Assembly: GCA_043228905.1 (NCBI GenBank)
Contig: JBHGNT010000141.1
Location: 3,520 to 67,519 of the forward strand
DNA from: Azolla caroliniana
Taxonomy: Eukaryota > Plantae > Polypodiophyta
DNA: 64,000 nt
Direction of reading: 5' to 3'
A program made the translations under genes and the position numbers. Shown piece after piece: positions 38,867 to 53,215 of this stretch; the first letter of the stretch is position 1, and each line of letters begins with the position of its first letter. Under the pieces are notes generated by a model. That model saw nothing but the letters and a program-made list of their open reading frames with translations, had not been told where the DNA came from and made no database searches.

Positions 38867-41800
38867 TTAACTGTCCCATATACTATGCTCATCAAGCACA
38901 GGGTACTGGGTGTTTTGCACTTGCACCTCCATAATTGATTGTATCGTCTCCACATCCCAAGGAATATCAACATCTTGAAGCGCCAAGAGATTCCTTGGGT
39001 TTGTCATAACATCATATCCTTGACCTGTGCTATCCTGCTTGTGAAAGACATGTTCTAGTGATTCCTTGGATTCCCCATGAGAATGAGGGCTTGATTGTAG
39101 TTGATGCGTTGATTTCCATTCATGTTCATTCTCTATCATCGTGGTACATGACGAGTTTTCTTTAGGTATCACCATTTGGTATTTCTTTAGGAGATTGCCA
39201 CTCGGTGTAGGTATGTTGTAGTTGATTGATGAGGGTAAGTTTGACTCAACATTTTTTGTAAAATTGTTATCTAAGTTAGGGATGTAATGCTCTTCATAAT
39301 TGCACCCATAAATTGTATTTTGACTTTGCATACTAATGGGACCTTGGAAACTTCTTTGGACCGTTTGATCAAGTTTATGGTATTGTTCCTCAAGTTCTAA
39401 AATATAACTTGAAGTATTGTCATTGATGCAACTTGATTTTGTGTTTGAATGGGATGACAACTCATCAAGTTTGAACTTTTTCTTAATATGAGATCGCCAA
39501 TAGTTTTTTATTTCATTGTCTGACCTTCCAGGCAAATGAATTGCTATAAGAGACCACCTAAACAAAAGCAACAACATTAGGAATCAGAACTTGCTTGGTA
39601 AAAAAATGTATTTTCAATTACAGGCTCGTTATGCTTGACATATGCTTATCCTTTGATGGCTTGTAATACAAGCATTTCATATTATTGGTGTCCATAATTT
39701 CTAAGCCATTTATAAAGGGACAATGTCTGATACATGATTTTAGTATTGGGTATTATTATAATATTACGTTCACGCATAACTTCCATACCTAGGTTAACAC
39801 CATTTATGATATTGGGCCAAGTGCCAATGAAACAACTTTAGTTGGCAACCACAAATAACCATTCTTGTTGAATGCCATGGTGCTAATATTCAAAGCAGCA
39901 AAAGAGTCATTCAACATTTGAGAATTATGTAGAATTACCAACAATTTTCTCACAAGGCTAATTGTACAAAATGTACTTAATAGAACAACACTTCAAGCAT
40001 TACTACTTGCAAAGACTAATTGTAACCAACTTAACATAATTTGACATCCTTCAAAGGATAATTAGAAATATTAACAATTGTTTATGCTCATCACTATGAT
40101 ACATAGTTGTTGCATTCTAAAAAGAATGAAAGATGACTACAAAATTTAATTCATGCTCCCAAACACCTAAAAAACCATATATGTTAAGCATTTCATGTGC
40201 AATGGCAATGATAGTGAACCATTTTAACCCATGTTCCCAAACACACATAACCACATACGCTAAACTTTTACGTGAGTTATGTCCATGATAGTGAATGATT
40301 ATGATTGTGCATGTTAATATTTGATAAGCGGAATAACCAAAACATAGTCATGTCAGGGACTAGTAGTCACCTCTACATATTTTTCCAAAATGAAGCTAGT
40401 CACCTCTACATATTAGTCTTTGTGCGTGATAACATACTTTTATGTTGAGTTTAAGTTATCAAAAGGAACACACCATTACTTTAAGAACATACTCTACATA
40501 AGTTATAGGAATCAAATTTAGATAAGTTAATTTTGCACAAATCCGTGCAATAATCCAACAATATGTGACATCTAAACACCTTGACTTCACCCTTAAACCA
40601 AATTTCAAAATGTTCAAAGATGTCCTATGTGTGTGGGAAAAGGGGGATTTGGGGGGGAAGGGTTCAACATGAACATCAATGAGAAAGGCTCTAATATGTC
40701 CCCAACATATCCTACATAGGTATATGGAATGTGCCATTGCGTGCCCGCCTCAAAAAACTAGCTTTTATTCCAAAACTAGGTTTATGCAACTCCATGGGAA
40801 TCCAAGAACGAGAAAGCCATGAAACTAGAATGAATCACACACATGGGTGGATTTATATACTTGTGTATATGTATATTAGAGAGTTTTGTGTTATGTCACC
40901 TCCCAACCATCCAATTGATAGCCAATGGTTTAGGCATTGTTAGCTTTTATCAATTACATTCATGTGCATTCCCACCCTAGCTAGATTGGCGTGTGCTTGC
41001 CCCCTAGGCCATGTACACATACACTCTTGCCCCCTAGGAATAAATATCTCCCCCCTTCTAGGTTGGAACACGTGCACAATGGACAATCCAATTCATTATT
41101 TCGCTAATACTTAATTTTGGGACAATCTAGTTTATCAATAAGTTACTATTTAACTAACTGATTTGAGTTGACCATTAATCGAACGAATTATTCACTAGCT
41201 AAATGGATGAAGCATAATTAAGACTAAAAAATATGAGGTTGTTGCCATTTGGAAAAATAACGGGAGGTATTTTCAAATTTTAGAAAAAGGTGAAGGGCAC
41301 CCGTTGCAGATATCCAAAAAGATTGAGGTCACAAGTATAATTTAGTAAAACGTTGTAGTCATAAATATAACAAAAAGGTATTTTATTTAGATAATTGGAA
41401 TGTTTAAAATAGAAAAGCGCATTTATGACATGCTATCATGAAGTGTATATTTAAAACATGACTTTCCTTTATCATCGATTTTAGACACGTAAAATATCAT
41501 GAATTGTACATTACGGAGCAAACATTTAACAAAAATATCATATAACAATACTTCATTGATGTTGAATGCATACTACTAGGTCTGGTCGAGTCTTTACCTG
41601 TTACCAAACACAGAATGGAGGCTAATGATAAGATGCTCTTCTTCATTTGAAATCCGTCCTCTCTTAATGTCGGGACGTAGATAATTCACCCATCTTAGAC
41701 GACAACTCTTTCCACATCGTTGTAGGCCTATAACCATCATCATCAATGATTCTCACATTTTCTATATACATGAAACTTTAAGTTCTCGTCATATACCATT

Positions 41801-44800
41801 ACTTTAATGTAGTTTCATATACCAAGGCAATAAGGGGATGTGATGTATGTTTGTAGAAGAAACATATGAAGAATGACCTTGACATAAAGTAAACTAAGGC
41901 CACACAACATACACTCAATGAAGTCCAATCAAGAGATCTAGTCGTAGGTGCTACTAATGTGATTCAAAGTTTAACCACCCTATATGTTGTGCATTCAAGG
42001 ATTCTATGATGTACATTAAAGGGTTATATGAGGTGCATGAGAAGGATGTTCAAATACCCATATAAATATTTATAATTCTTTCATTTTTTGTATTTTGTTC
42101 AATTGACAAGTACTCCATTTAATAACACCATTATATATGTGAAACTATGTACAATACGACGTTTAAAAAACCCTTCTTCTGGATCATTGTGCTATATAAT
42201 TAACATATAATTTTAGTTGAAATCATGACGAACAATATACACATTTTTTAATTCACTAGATGCCACTGTGGAATGTAGGGGTTGAAATCCTAATGATCAA
42301 TGTAGAGGTGAAAAAATTGGGTTTCGAATCCAAGATGTAGTGTTAGTAGTGTAACAACTTACCACTAGGCTAAGCTAATTGCGATAAAAGAAAAAAGGAG
42401 AAGGAGAGAGAGAGATTCTCAGTTTAATTATTTGTTTCGAGGTCAAAGAGGTGGGAGATATTGTCGAGGCTTCATCTCAAAGAATTTTGGAGTTTGTTGA
42501 AGATTGTCAATTATTACGCATGCCACCCAAATGTGGGGTTTATATGGCAACAACTATAAAATGTTGCATTGATGCAAAGTTCTTAAATTACCTTTAGAAA
42601 CAGAAAAACAACTGCGGATTAATTGGTGTTTACGGGGTTAGATGTCGTTTTTACTAATATTTTGTATCATTGCTCTGTTGAGTCTACGATTACTCATGGA
42701 TGGTGCTTATCATCTAAGGCTGAAGAATAATGGAAAACACATAAATCTGATCATAGATAGTAGCATACCTTAAAACGTAGTTGGCATTCTAAATTGCCAT
42801 CTTATAGCAAAAGTCATCATGTGGAGAGTTTTGATTGGGGGTTTGCCTTTGGGATTAGCTCTAAAGTGACGTGGACTAGCAACATGCAATTACTTCTTTT
42901 ACACTATTCAAATGGAAGATAGTATTCATTGTTTCATACAATGTTCGATTATTTGTCAAATTTGGGGTTACAACTTACATTTCTCAAATTTGAAAAGTTT
43001 TATCACGGTGTTATTTCACAACAAGACAATGGGTATTTGCACAATTCACATAGGTTGGTTCAAAATTATAGATGGATATCGTTTTCCTATTCGGTATTGG
43101 TTATTGCGTCATAATTGGGATATGCTCAATGCTCTTGTATTTTATGGTAGGCATGGAGTCAAACCATATCTACAAATGTTGAAGGGAGTACAAATGTGAC
43201 AATTTTCTTTATTGGAACAAGTAGAATTTTTTTCATTAGTGGACTGTTCATCTTGCATATTGGCAATTCAACATGTTCCGTTACCCATGTAGTTAGTGGG
43301 TGATCATAATCCAATATGACATCCATTGTAAGTACTAGTGTTTTTCACACACATCTATTAATATAATTGTGTGTTTTCATTAGAGAGAGAGTGAGTGAGC
43401 GAGCGAGAGTGTGTGTTTCGCTTGACCCAAGATTTGAGATGGAGATTGCTTTTCGTGTAAGAATTTGGAGATTGTGTCATAATTGAGATAAGTGTAATCC
43501 TCTTGTATTTGATGTTAGGAACGGAGTTAGACCATATCTACAAAAGTTGAAGGGAGTATGACAATTGTGTGTATTATAACAAGTTGAAACTATTTCGTGA
43601 ATGGAGTGTCTATCTTGCCTATTGACGATTCAACATGTCCCACTACCCATGTAATGGTGACATTAACAAGTTGTGACACTATTATAATGTTTGCCATACA
43701 TATTATAGTTTGTTTACATAGAGAGAATGAGAGAGTGAGAGCACTAGTTGCTAGGCAACAATGGAACCCTTCCCAAAACAACCTAGTAAGGTATGTAATA
43801 CAAATTCTAAGGTATTGGTCCTAGTGTAAATCAATTGGTTCCTGTGACACATGCAACACATTATCACTTAGGGGTTGGATGCGTGTACATAGGGGGTCAA
43901 GTTATCAACTAATTTGAAGTATTGAGGCTAGGTTTAACATTAGAACGAAAGAAAGAAACATGTTAAAAAATACCCAGCAAGAGAAGGTAATAAAAAGAAA
44001 TGACTTATATAAGCTCTAATACCAAACATCTTTGCTAGTGATCTCATACCAAGCCACTTGTAGTCTCCCCTTTGGTATAGAAATATCGTGACATGTGCAC
44101 CTAAAACATGGATTTATTGTATGATTCATGGTTGTAGATGATTCAAGAATTGTATTGATTCACAATTGCAACCATGAATCATACAATAAATATGTACACA
44201 TCAACAAAAACTTGTATGATGTCGGCTAACTATCGTCATAAGTTTTGATAGTAAAAAATGTCAAAGTTGCTAGTGTGCTTGAGCATTAGATTCATATACT
44301 TCACATAAGAATGTTATTTGTTATGAAAATTTGGTGTAAAAAAACTCTAAATCAAGTGTGCTTTATGGGCATTTTTATGATAATGAAGGTGGACATTTAC
44401 ATTGTATATTCAAGATAACGAGCTTAAGTGGGACAAGGCGAGTTGTTGCCTAACTAGGTGAGTTGATGGAGGGCATGAGCACATTGCAATCTTGAAGGTA
44501 TAAATGCTATTGATGTTAATGATAAAAGTTCCAAACTCCAAACGAGGTATGTTGCATGCTACACACTTGTTTTATAAATATAACAATGAGATTTACATAA
44601 ATCTCTTTGAAAGACCCCTAATGTGCACATGTGAGAGTTCACACACACAACACAACACATAAGTAGGTATGCAACAACCATGTCCTCCCCCCAACAAAGT
44701 GTGTGTGTGTGCACACACACACTCACACACAATACATAGGAAGGTATGCAACATGTTTGTAACATATATAAGTTGCCCATACGTGTAATGTTTAACATGA

Positions 44801-45539
44801 TGAACATTCATGAATGACGTACTTAGCTAGGTTGTAAGGGTGATAGTTAATAAACTTAAATACCTCAAGTTATAAAAGATCGTGAAGTTATCCAAATAAG
44901 GTTGCAATTACGCTAAGTAGTAAGGATGTGTAATATATGTATTGATACACATATGGGTCATGATATATTCCACCTATTTAGTTGCAATTAACCTTAGAAT
45001 GTGGAGGATAAGATTAGTATGCTTTTGGGTCATGATATTATCCGCATAAGTTGGTGATAAAGCTAAGGATGGTGTGTTATAATATATATGCTTTTGGGGA
45101 TAAAAATGCTCATGATCCATGTTGCAAAGCTCATGTAAGGATATCAAAGACCAAACACATACAATAAAAAATGAGAATTGAAAAGATGGAAGGAAATGAG
45201 ATTCTTAATTCTATCCGTAATCCAAAGGAACCCTAATTTTTGAAAGAATTTTGTGAAGAAAATGGAGTAAGTTACTCCAAATGATTACCAACCCTAGATT
45301 GAAGGATTTGTGTATGTGTGAAGAATGAATTTCCTAGGCATGGATCAAGAATGCTTTATTATGTTTATAGTTCATATTAAGTGAGCACCTGCAGCTTGGG
45401 CAAGTTTGTTCCATCTCCCTTGCCCATATTTGGTAACAAATTGGATGAGCCTGTGGTCTTCTTCGACACTCCAATGACCTCGTCTATAGCTCTTACTACT
45501 AACATTGGTACCAGTTGTCGAAGTGCTCACTTGTCTCAT
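38867..45539 (-). CDS. R2R3-MYB transcription factor, 323 aa, 3 exons (45539-45389, 41727-41598, 39557-38867)
   Basis: [11 protein letters not shown]|[23 protein letters not shown] and GNR|[20 protein letters not shown]. Canonical 130-bp second exon. Confidence 0.96.
42318..42376 (-). mobile_element. tRNA-derived SINE-like head in MYB intron 1
   Basis: Minus strand TAGCCTAGTGGTAAG (A-box-like) ... GGATTCGAAACCC (B-box-like). Confidence 0.45.
42770..43300 (+). mobile_element. LINE 3'-end relic (zf-RVT) in MYB intron 1; its 3' part recurs in diverged form at ~43520-43660
   Basis: [22 protein letters not shown]...[42 protein letters not shown] occurs at ~43155 and ~43523. Confidence 0.7.
44112..44191. 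repeat. Hairpin with a 23-bp perfect inverted repeat
   Basis: ATTTATTGTATGATTCATGGTTG (44112-44134) pairs with CAACCATGAATCATACAATAAAT (44169-44191). Confidence 0.9.
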
Positions 45540-48500
45540 GTCTATATATAGTGTATATTGTACCAACAAACCTTCATGAAGTGTTGTAATGTTTGTAAAA
45601 AGAAAAGAATATGTTTCAAGGTAATTTCATGTCCTTGCACACCTTTATAATAAACATGGGAGCCAATGGAACCCCCCCAAAAAATATGAGTCAATGTCTC
45701 TCTTGTTCTTATCCATGCATTAATTGAGGTCGTTGGCAGTATCTTTCAATTGATCGTATCCTTAGAACCCTTTTTTAGTTCAACCTTCTATTCATGTCCA
45801 AATTCCCTATCTTAATTTGTGTGTTTTTTTTAATTGAGATTTGTAATGCTCAATTTTTTCACTTTCATTGTTCCAAATGCCATATCTCTAAACGTCAAGC
45901 ATAATAATAACACTCAAATTGACATTAAGTGAGTTCCTACACGGTGACTCTACCACTTGGCAATCCATCACATGTACAAATGACGCAATTGAATGTTCTT
46001 TTGAAGCCCCGACCATGCAATTGATGACAGATAAACATAGATATCCACAAGACATTGCGTGCATTACACAATGACATTTCAGGGCATTACCTGTTATTTG
46101 TGAGTGTATTGACTAATTGTGAAGCAACATAAAAGATTCGACATAGAAGAGGAATTAGTTTTAACAAAAGAGTGCGTCTATTTTCACAAACACGTGGATG
46201 GTAGTATGTTCAATAAAAATATGAGGTTTAATTAAATCACAATTATATTGTTTTCCTCTTGAACGATAAGGTTTACAATAACTTTTCAAACTAGACATCT
46301 TGAAACTAGAGATGTTGTTAACGATGTCAATGCTCAATGCTCATCATGCATCCAATAGCATGTTGAACTTGAACCTCCATGTCTTTATGAGGACTAATAA
46401 GATACTAACGAATGAATACTGAAACTAATAATAGCCCATTACCATACATTATATAAGAGACTTGAACCCCGCCAACTAAAGGTTCATGTGCCTTCGACCT
46501 TAGGATTGTTTGTTCAAGTCCTATAATTGTTGCATTTGCCTACATCTTGACTTCACTTTCATTTTGTCAATGGTATTAGACCCACTTGCGTTCTATCTAG
46601 GTCATTGTGAAAATTCTATGTGATATATTTCATGCATTTTATGAAAATCTATATGCCACTTAGTTCCCTTATCCTTGCATATGAGATATGCAATATATTG
46701 TAACAACGTTACTATGGTTAAATGCTAGCTAGTGCATAAGCACAACAAGTACACAATGTCATTTTAATGTATCCTTTTCTTTTAATGTATCCTTTTAATG
46801 TATCTTTTACAACGAGTACACAAGCACAACATGAAATGATATCATTTTTTCTGAAATAGACTCATAATATTAACGTCTGATTACAAAACATGATGTGTAG
46901 TTTGCAATGTAAGGTTGTAGATTGAAATCACGTACATGAACATGTTGATTGTAAAATAAGATATTTACAACATTGAAATTTTGACATGATTTCCAAAATC
47001 AAAACAAGTAGTGAGAATAATATAACATTGGGCTATATAAATGCCTCATTGGTCTCTAATGCCCAATATACTTGCATAACCAACAATCCAACGCTTGCAA
47101 ATACTTGCACACATATACATGTGTATATATGTTGTGTGGATGGGCATGACATATCAAAGCATTAAGTGTCTACAAGTGCGAAATAGTGATAAAAAACCAA
47201 TGTTCTCAACACTATCCATATTGTTATTATTTCAATTATATATGTTATATTCTCTTGCAAAAGTGAGATTTTAATAGCTAGAAATTTGACATGTTGATTT
47301 TAATTAGTTGATTACCTTAACTACCTAGAATTGGTTGAACAACTAGACATCAAGGCATGGTTTTTAACTTTACCTAGTCTCATTTGGATATAGCCTTATC
47401 AACCATTGTATTGGAGTGTGAAATGAAGTATGATTTCATTATGTTTATAGGCTCTATAGGTACCTACTTACATTAAGTAGTTAGTTTGAAAGGATATGTA
47501 CGTAGTATCATATTCTTGAACTCGGTCGGAGGGTGATTCCCCGATTTATGTATAAGCCACCTTGTATGGTCTTTCTGTAATAATCTCTCTTAACTAATAG
47601 GAAAGTAGCTTCTTTTTTGGAAAAAAATTATGATTTTTTTATATGTGAATGTCTCGCATACATACACAAATTGAAAGAAAGTTTACGCACTTCTATGTTG
47701 GATGTTTATGCACGGACATGCACCATAATATGATATTATCATCATGATTTGGAACTCTTGGATGGTCAATTTTGAAAAATAGGAAATGAAAGGATACTCT
47801 CCTTATAGTAGTCTCTAGCTTAATTACGATAAATATCTTTCTTAGTTCGTCATTGTTTGAGAAGAAGGGCTTGTAGACAAGGATTAGTAAATAAGTAGAT
47901 CAAACTTTATGTCTACACTTATATTATTTAATGTAATCAAAATAAATAGAAGTGAGTTTAGTAACGTATCCATGTATAGCGATGGATTGAATGTCACAAC
48001 TCTATTCACAATTAGAAAAGTATTTCAAAAGTCATAATGCAAAATATTGAAAACACGTAACAACTCTTTGTGTGAAGTGTTTCGACATTATCTCTTATTT
48101 TCATCTGTGATCAAACATTGAAAGTGATAAATACTTGAAAGTTTCAACCTCTCTTGGAAATCTAGAACCTTCCTATCTTGATTTAAGATCGTATACGTTA
48201 GTAAGACTTGATTACTCTTTAAAAAATGGATCCCTTACCAATATGTACACTAATGAATGATTAGTTATGATTGCATATGTTGACTTGAGTTTTCTAGTCA
48301 CATAAGACAATTTGGAGGCTATAATGCCATATTTTATGCTAGTGAGAATGCAAAGGATTGTGTACCGATGATTGTAAGGCAGGAGCTTAATCCATTATTA
48401 CTAATGTACAATGATAGTTGTTTGGGTCGATGGATGGTTCTTCAAAGCACAACAAATGGTATTTTCTTTAGAATCTTAAGGGGGGATGTATGCCCTTAAT

Positions 48501-49299
48501 GCTTCATGTGGTAGAGCTTTCTTATGACTACACATGTCATCCTTGTGATTCTAATGATTTTCCTAGTTTTAATGAAAATATTCTCAAGCATATAATAACT
48601 ATTCGGTCAATCCACTTGAAGCCTAGACTCAAACCATACATTGCATCTAATTTTGAATGAGACATTAATACCAACATAGTATGCTTTGCACCACTTGTAT
48701 TGGTTCTCCCTTGTATGTAAGACATGTGAGTGCACACACATTTGTGTTGGGGGAAGAAAGAGTGAGGAGGAGGCAGAGGAGAGGTTGCTTGCAATGTTTG
48801 TTTGGACTTCAAAGGCCAATAAAGGCTTTCAAGTCCAAATAAACACAAGATGCTTGTCCAACTTTGCAGAGAAGGAGAACAATCACAATAGGGTTCAAAA
48901 GATTCAAACTCCCCGACCTTGTAACGAGAAGCTAAGAAAATGACCACATACTTTGTACCTATACAAATTTTATTAATAATATGTGCCATTGTATGTGAAG
49001 TCAAGTTCTCATGTCATCAGATGAGTCAAACATGACATCCAAACTAATTGATTAGTTAGTAAAATTCCTCACATCTCATTGAGTTACCAACATGCATGCC
49101 CTTATTGTTAGCACAAAGGTGTCATCAAACTAACTTCCAACCTTTGATCAATTTGGTGCTTAATAAGGGATAACCTTGGATACAAACATCAAACATGCCA
49201 AACATATTACCAGTAACAAATTTACCAAACATTAAAAGTATGGATCGAAGATGCACTAACAAATATGAACTAATATCTTCAACCACAAGGAACTAATGT

Positions 49300-50300
49300 G
49301 GGTAGCAATATGGCTTTCCTCGCCAACATGTGACCTTTAGATAAAGTGTTAGGCCTCTCGTTGCATGTTTAAAGCACCAAAATTGATCCAACATTTCACA
49401 AAATATGGTTTACAACATGTCCTAAAGCCGGTCAACAAGAGGTAAGTAGTATTTTAGGTAAGACATCAATAACCCAACTTTTGTTCGACTCTTCACAAAC
49501 CCATTCAACTATTTTTTTCCATCTTGTGTTCCAACCAAGGGGGTAACCAAGATGCCTTATTATGTTATTTGGACCAATTATAAGCCTAGCCATACTCGTG
49601 CAATGCAAATCATATAAACACAAGGGCAAGAGTTTTGGTTGATATGTAACCTAGTAGCAAGACCATACAAGTTTGAGAGAAAATATTATTGTTGCATATG
49701 TTCTATAGCATTGCACGACATAAAGCATGAGTCGTCAACATGTGCATTGCAACTCATCTAAATAGACTTGATGTCACAAGATTATTGGTGTATGACAACA
49801 ATGGATGAGTGGTGAGTGATTACATAAAGTATGGCACTAATGGGACAAACTTGCCTAATGAAATTAATTTCTTCTTACCTTTTATAACCGAACCCCATCT
49901 TATGCATGATAGCTTGCACAAAACTCCATTGAATGGTATCAAATGCCTTCTCAATACACTTGCATGATCACAACATCTTGATTTGTGTATTTCTCAAACT
50001 CAACACCAATTCGCGCATTTGCAAAGTTGTTCATTGTCCATCGTCGTTGTCGTATAAAACCATATTGATGTTTTAAATCTATTCACGAGTACTTTAGCAA
50101 TCAACTTCTAGATTGCAAGCACTAGTGATATGCGTCTCCAATCTAAAAGTGTTTCGCATAGCATCTACTTAAGGCAAAGTTTAATCAAGCCATGTATCCA
50201 TGCACTTGCCATATCATGCCAATCTTCCCAACCTCCATTTTGCCATATATAATTTCCCATTCTAATTCAAATTGATTTTGTGTCCAAGTGCTAGTTGATT
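49300..50300 (-). mobile_element. Degenerate L1-type LINE RT relic
   Basis: Minus-strand remnants LDWRRISL...KLIAKVLVNRF, EKAFDTIQWSF and IRHLGYPLG. Boundaries approximate. Confidence 0.75.
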
Positions 50301-53215
50301 ATTTATTAAGTTACTTTTCCTTCATGAATCAATTTGCATTGAATTGAGACATATTATCAACCATAACCCTAAAGGATTGTTTGTAATCCGCCAAAACAAA
50401 TCTTCTCTCCAAGCTAAATAAATATCCAATTACATCTTCATATATAACACGAACACAATAAAGCATTATTGATGATCAAGAGTCACATGTTTGAGGTAAC
50501 TATTATTGATGATCAAGAGTCACTTTTGATGAAGATAGATGTCAAAAATATGAGGGACAAAAGATAGTGTAGCATATACCATCTATCCAATGACCATAGT
50601 CATTCAAATAGAATGACTATGGAATGTATATTTTGGTACATTCGGATGGGAAGTGAGAGCTATGTTATTCAATGCTATGGTGGTCCTAAGTGTTGCTTTA
50701 TGGAGTGGAAATGTGGGGTGGCACTATCTCACTTAGTGCATGGAATGAAATAGAGAAAATCCAAAAAATGCTCTTACTTAGACAATTGGGGGTAAAATCC
50801 TCAACATCCTAGACTATCATGCTATTAAAATTAGGTGCTCATCCTATAGCATATACAAAAGTGAAGAATATGTGTGATCATATATTGCTAAAACAAGCTT
50901 GGAACATAAGACATAATGTGCAAAAACTAATAAGAACAAAATCTTCTCATTTGGTTTGGTGCTTGACATTATGAAATGGTTTTAAGAGATGGGGAATAAA
51001 AGATGAATTGGAGCTCTTAGGTGATGCTATGAAGTATGTGATTATTATTAATGATAGGTTACTAATGCATTAAGGATGAAGTGGCAAGATCTTGAAATGT
51101 CGAAAGTGGAATATTACATTGCGAATATTAACTCCCAATGTTGGCTAGCTCCCATACAAGGCAAAAATACTAGAACGCATCCAATCTCATCTTACTACCC
51201 CCATGAGCCTTAGCTCTCAAAGAGCTTGAACACTTCTTCGAACTTCCTCACACAAGCTAGATGATGTTGAGGTAGTATCATGGCATCATCACCCAAATAT
51301 GAAGATATGCATCATCACTTATGACATGCTCTACATATAACGTAATTCGCAAGAATTGTTTTTTGTTAGATGGGCATGATAATGTGACTATATTATTTTC
51401 ACATCGAGGGTTTTTACTATGGAGTAGTAATCTCCCTTCTTAGGAACAAGTCACAGACAACATTTACGTTGATGGGTTCCATAGGTCAAATTTGGCCTCG
51501 TCATGGACGATAAAACACCTATTCTATTCTATGGCTTTCCTTTAGTGGAAACATACATAAAGAGAAACTAATTGACAAATTTCTGACTTATTCTATCCAC
51601 TTTTGTGTATACACATTCTATTCTATTTGGATACACATTTTCCAACCATGCGAGACAAACTAGGACTTCTCCTTTGTCACGTCATGTATATTGGAAAACA
51701 CATGAGTGTTTTTGAGATCGCTTGCCATGTGCCACTCAAACTATAAAAACCATCCCCATGAACTTCTAGAAACTTTCAATGTTTACAGAAATCTTCGTCT
51801 CTAAAAATATCCAGTCAAACTTTTAGAACAAGGAACTCTTCTTTATCAATCTATTTGAGCAATGAAAGAATATTTTTAATTCCTGTCAAAATGTCTACAT
51901 ATTGAAAGTTATGGAAGAACATTAGATCATCATCAAATAATTAAATGTCTATTTTTTGGGAGGACCCGAGAGGAACGATATTTATTTGGGATGAGCCTTT
52001 TACTTCATTCGATGGGTACTTTAGGTTGATAACAAGAAAGCAAAACAGACTATTTTTCACTAACAAAATAAACGAGGTATAAATCAATGTTTTTCACTAA
52101 CGAGGTATAAATCAATGTTTTTTTCATTGGAGTTTGTATCAAACCAATAAACATGATTGTGTTGTGGAGTTAATCTACCTTAAGTAATTCATATCAATAA
52201 ATGTATTCTTCGGAGTTAAATAACACTACTTATGTTCAACCATCGATAATTACATGCAAATTAGGGGAAACTATTACAATAAACATGAGATGAGGCCTAA
52301 CCAAGAGCTTTACCATGGCATTGGCATGCAATGAAAGGTGAAAAGTTAACCAAAAGGATGCGAAAAGTTGTATGATTTTAAAGTGAAAGAAGGTGAAAGA
52401 GTGAACTCAAATGTGAACAACACCAAAAACACTCTAGGCCAACACTTTCACATGCATCTTTACTTTGCTTCTTCCCTTTGATTTGTTGTTGTGAGCTTTA
52501 ACAAATTATCTATATTTTTACATCCTATTGGTGAAAGACGCTAAAGATGCTAGACTGGGTTAGCACCCACCAACACACAAAACACAATCCACAATCCACA
52601 CTCTGTTCCCGAACCACTTTTCAATCTCATACCACACATTTATTCATGTTTAGTAAATTGATGGAGCTAACTCATGTCCACTTCTAGGAGAACTTGAATG
52701 AAATCATCTTGGGGTCTCAAAGTAACATGTTGCATATGTTGAATTCTTTGACATGGTGTAGACCAACTGCATCATGTCAATTTTATGATTTCTAAGCAAG
52801 ATCAAGTAAAGTAATATAAATAAATAGATAACTGTACATATATCTATATAAAGAAATTTATCATAAGATCTAAGTATACGGCTTCATGATACATAAATGA
52901 CAAGAAATACAAGTTAAAATGTTAGGTCAATCAATAATCTATGGACTTGAGTCAATTATACAACAAAAGAGAGAAAAATGTGATGGTTTGCTGACCTTTC
53001 CATTCATCAGCCAGAAACTCTTGATGATTGTCATTTTCCAAATACATTACAGAGGGTATCTTTTGAAGTATCTTCTCCAAGCATATTTTTGTTGAAACTG
53101 ATGCATTTATTTATACCACAATTGGATGATAGAGCATCAGTTTTATTTACAAAGAAGATTTTTGTCAAAAAAAAGTAAAATTGGAGTGGTGGGAATTGAA
53201 CTCTTCACCAATGCC

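Noticed and set aside
39490-39530. miR858/miR828 target sites in the MYB R3 region
   Set aside because: By eye there are too many mismatches to the canonical miRNA sequences.
43720-43746. miR156/529-like string GAGAGAGTGAGAGCAC
   Set aside because: Only a partial match within a GA microsatellite, and no complementary arm seen.
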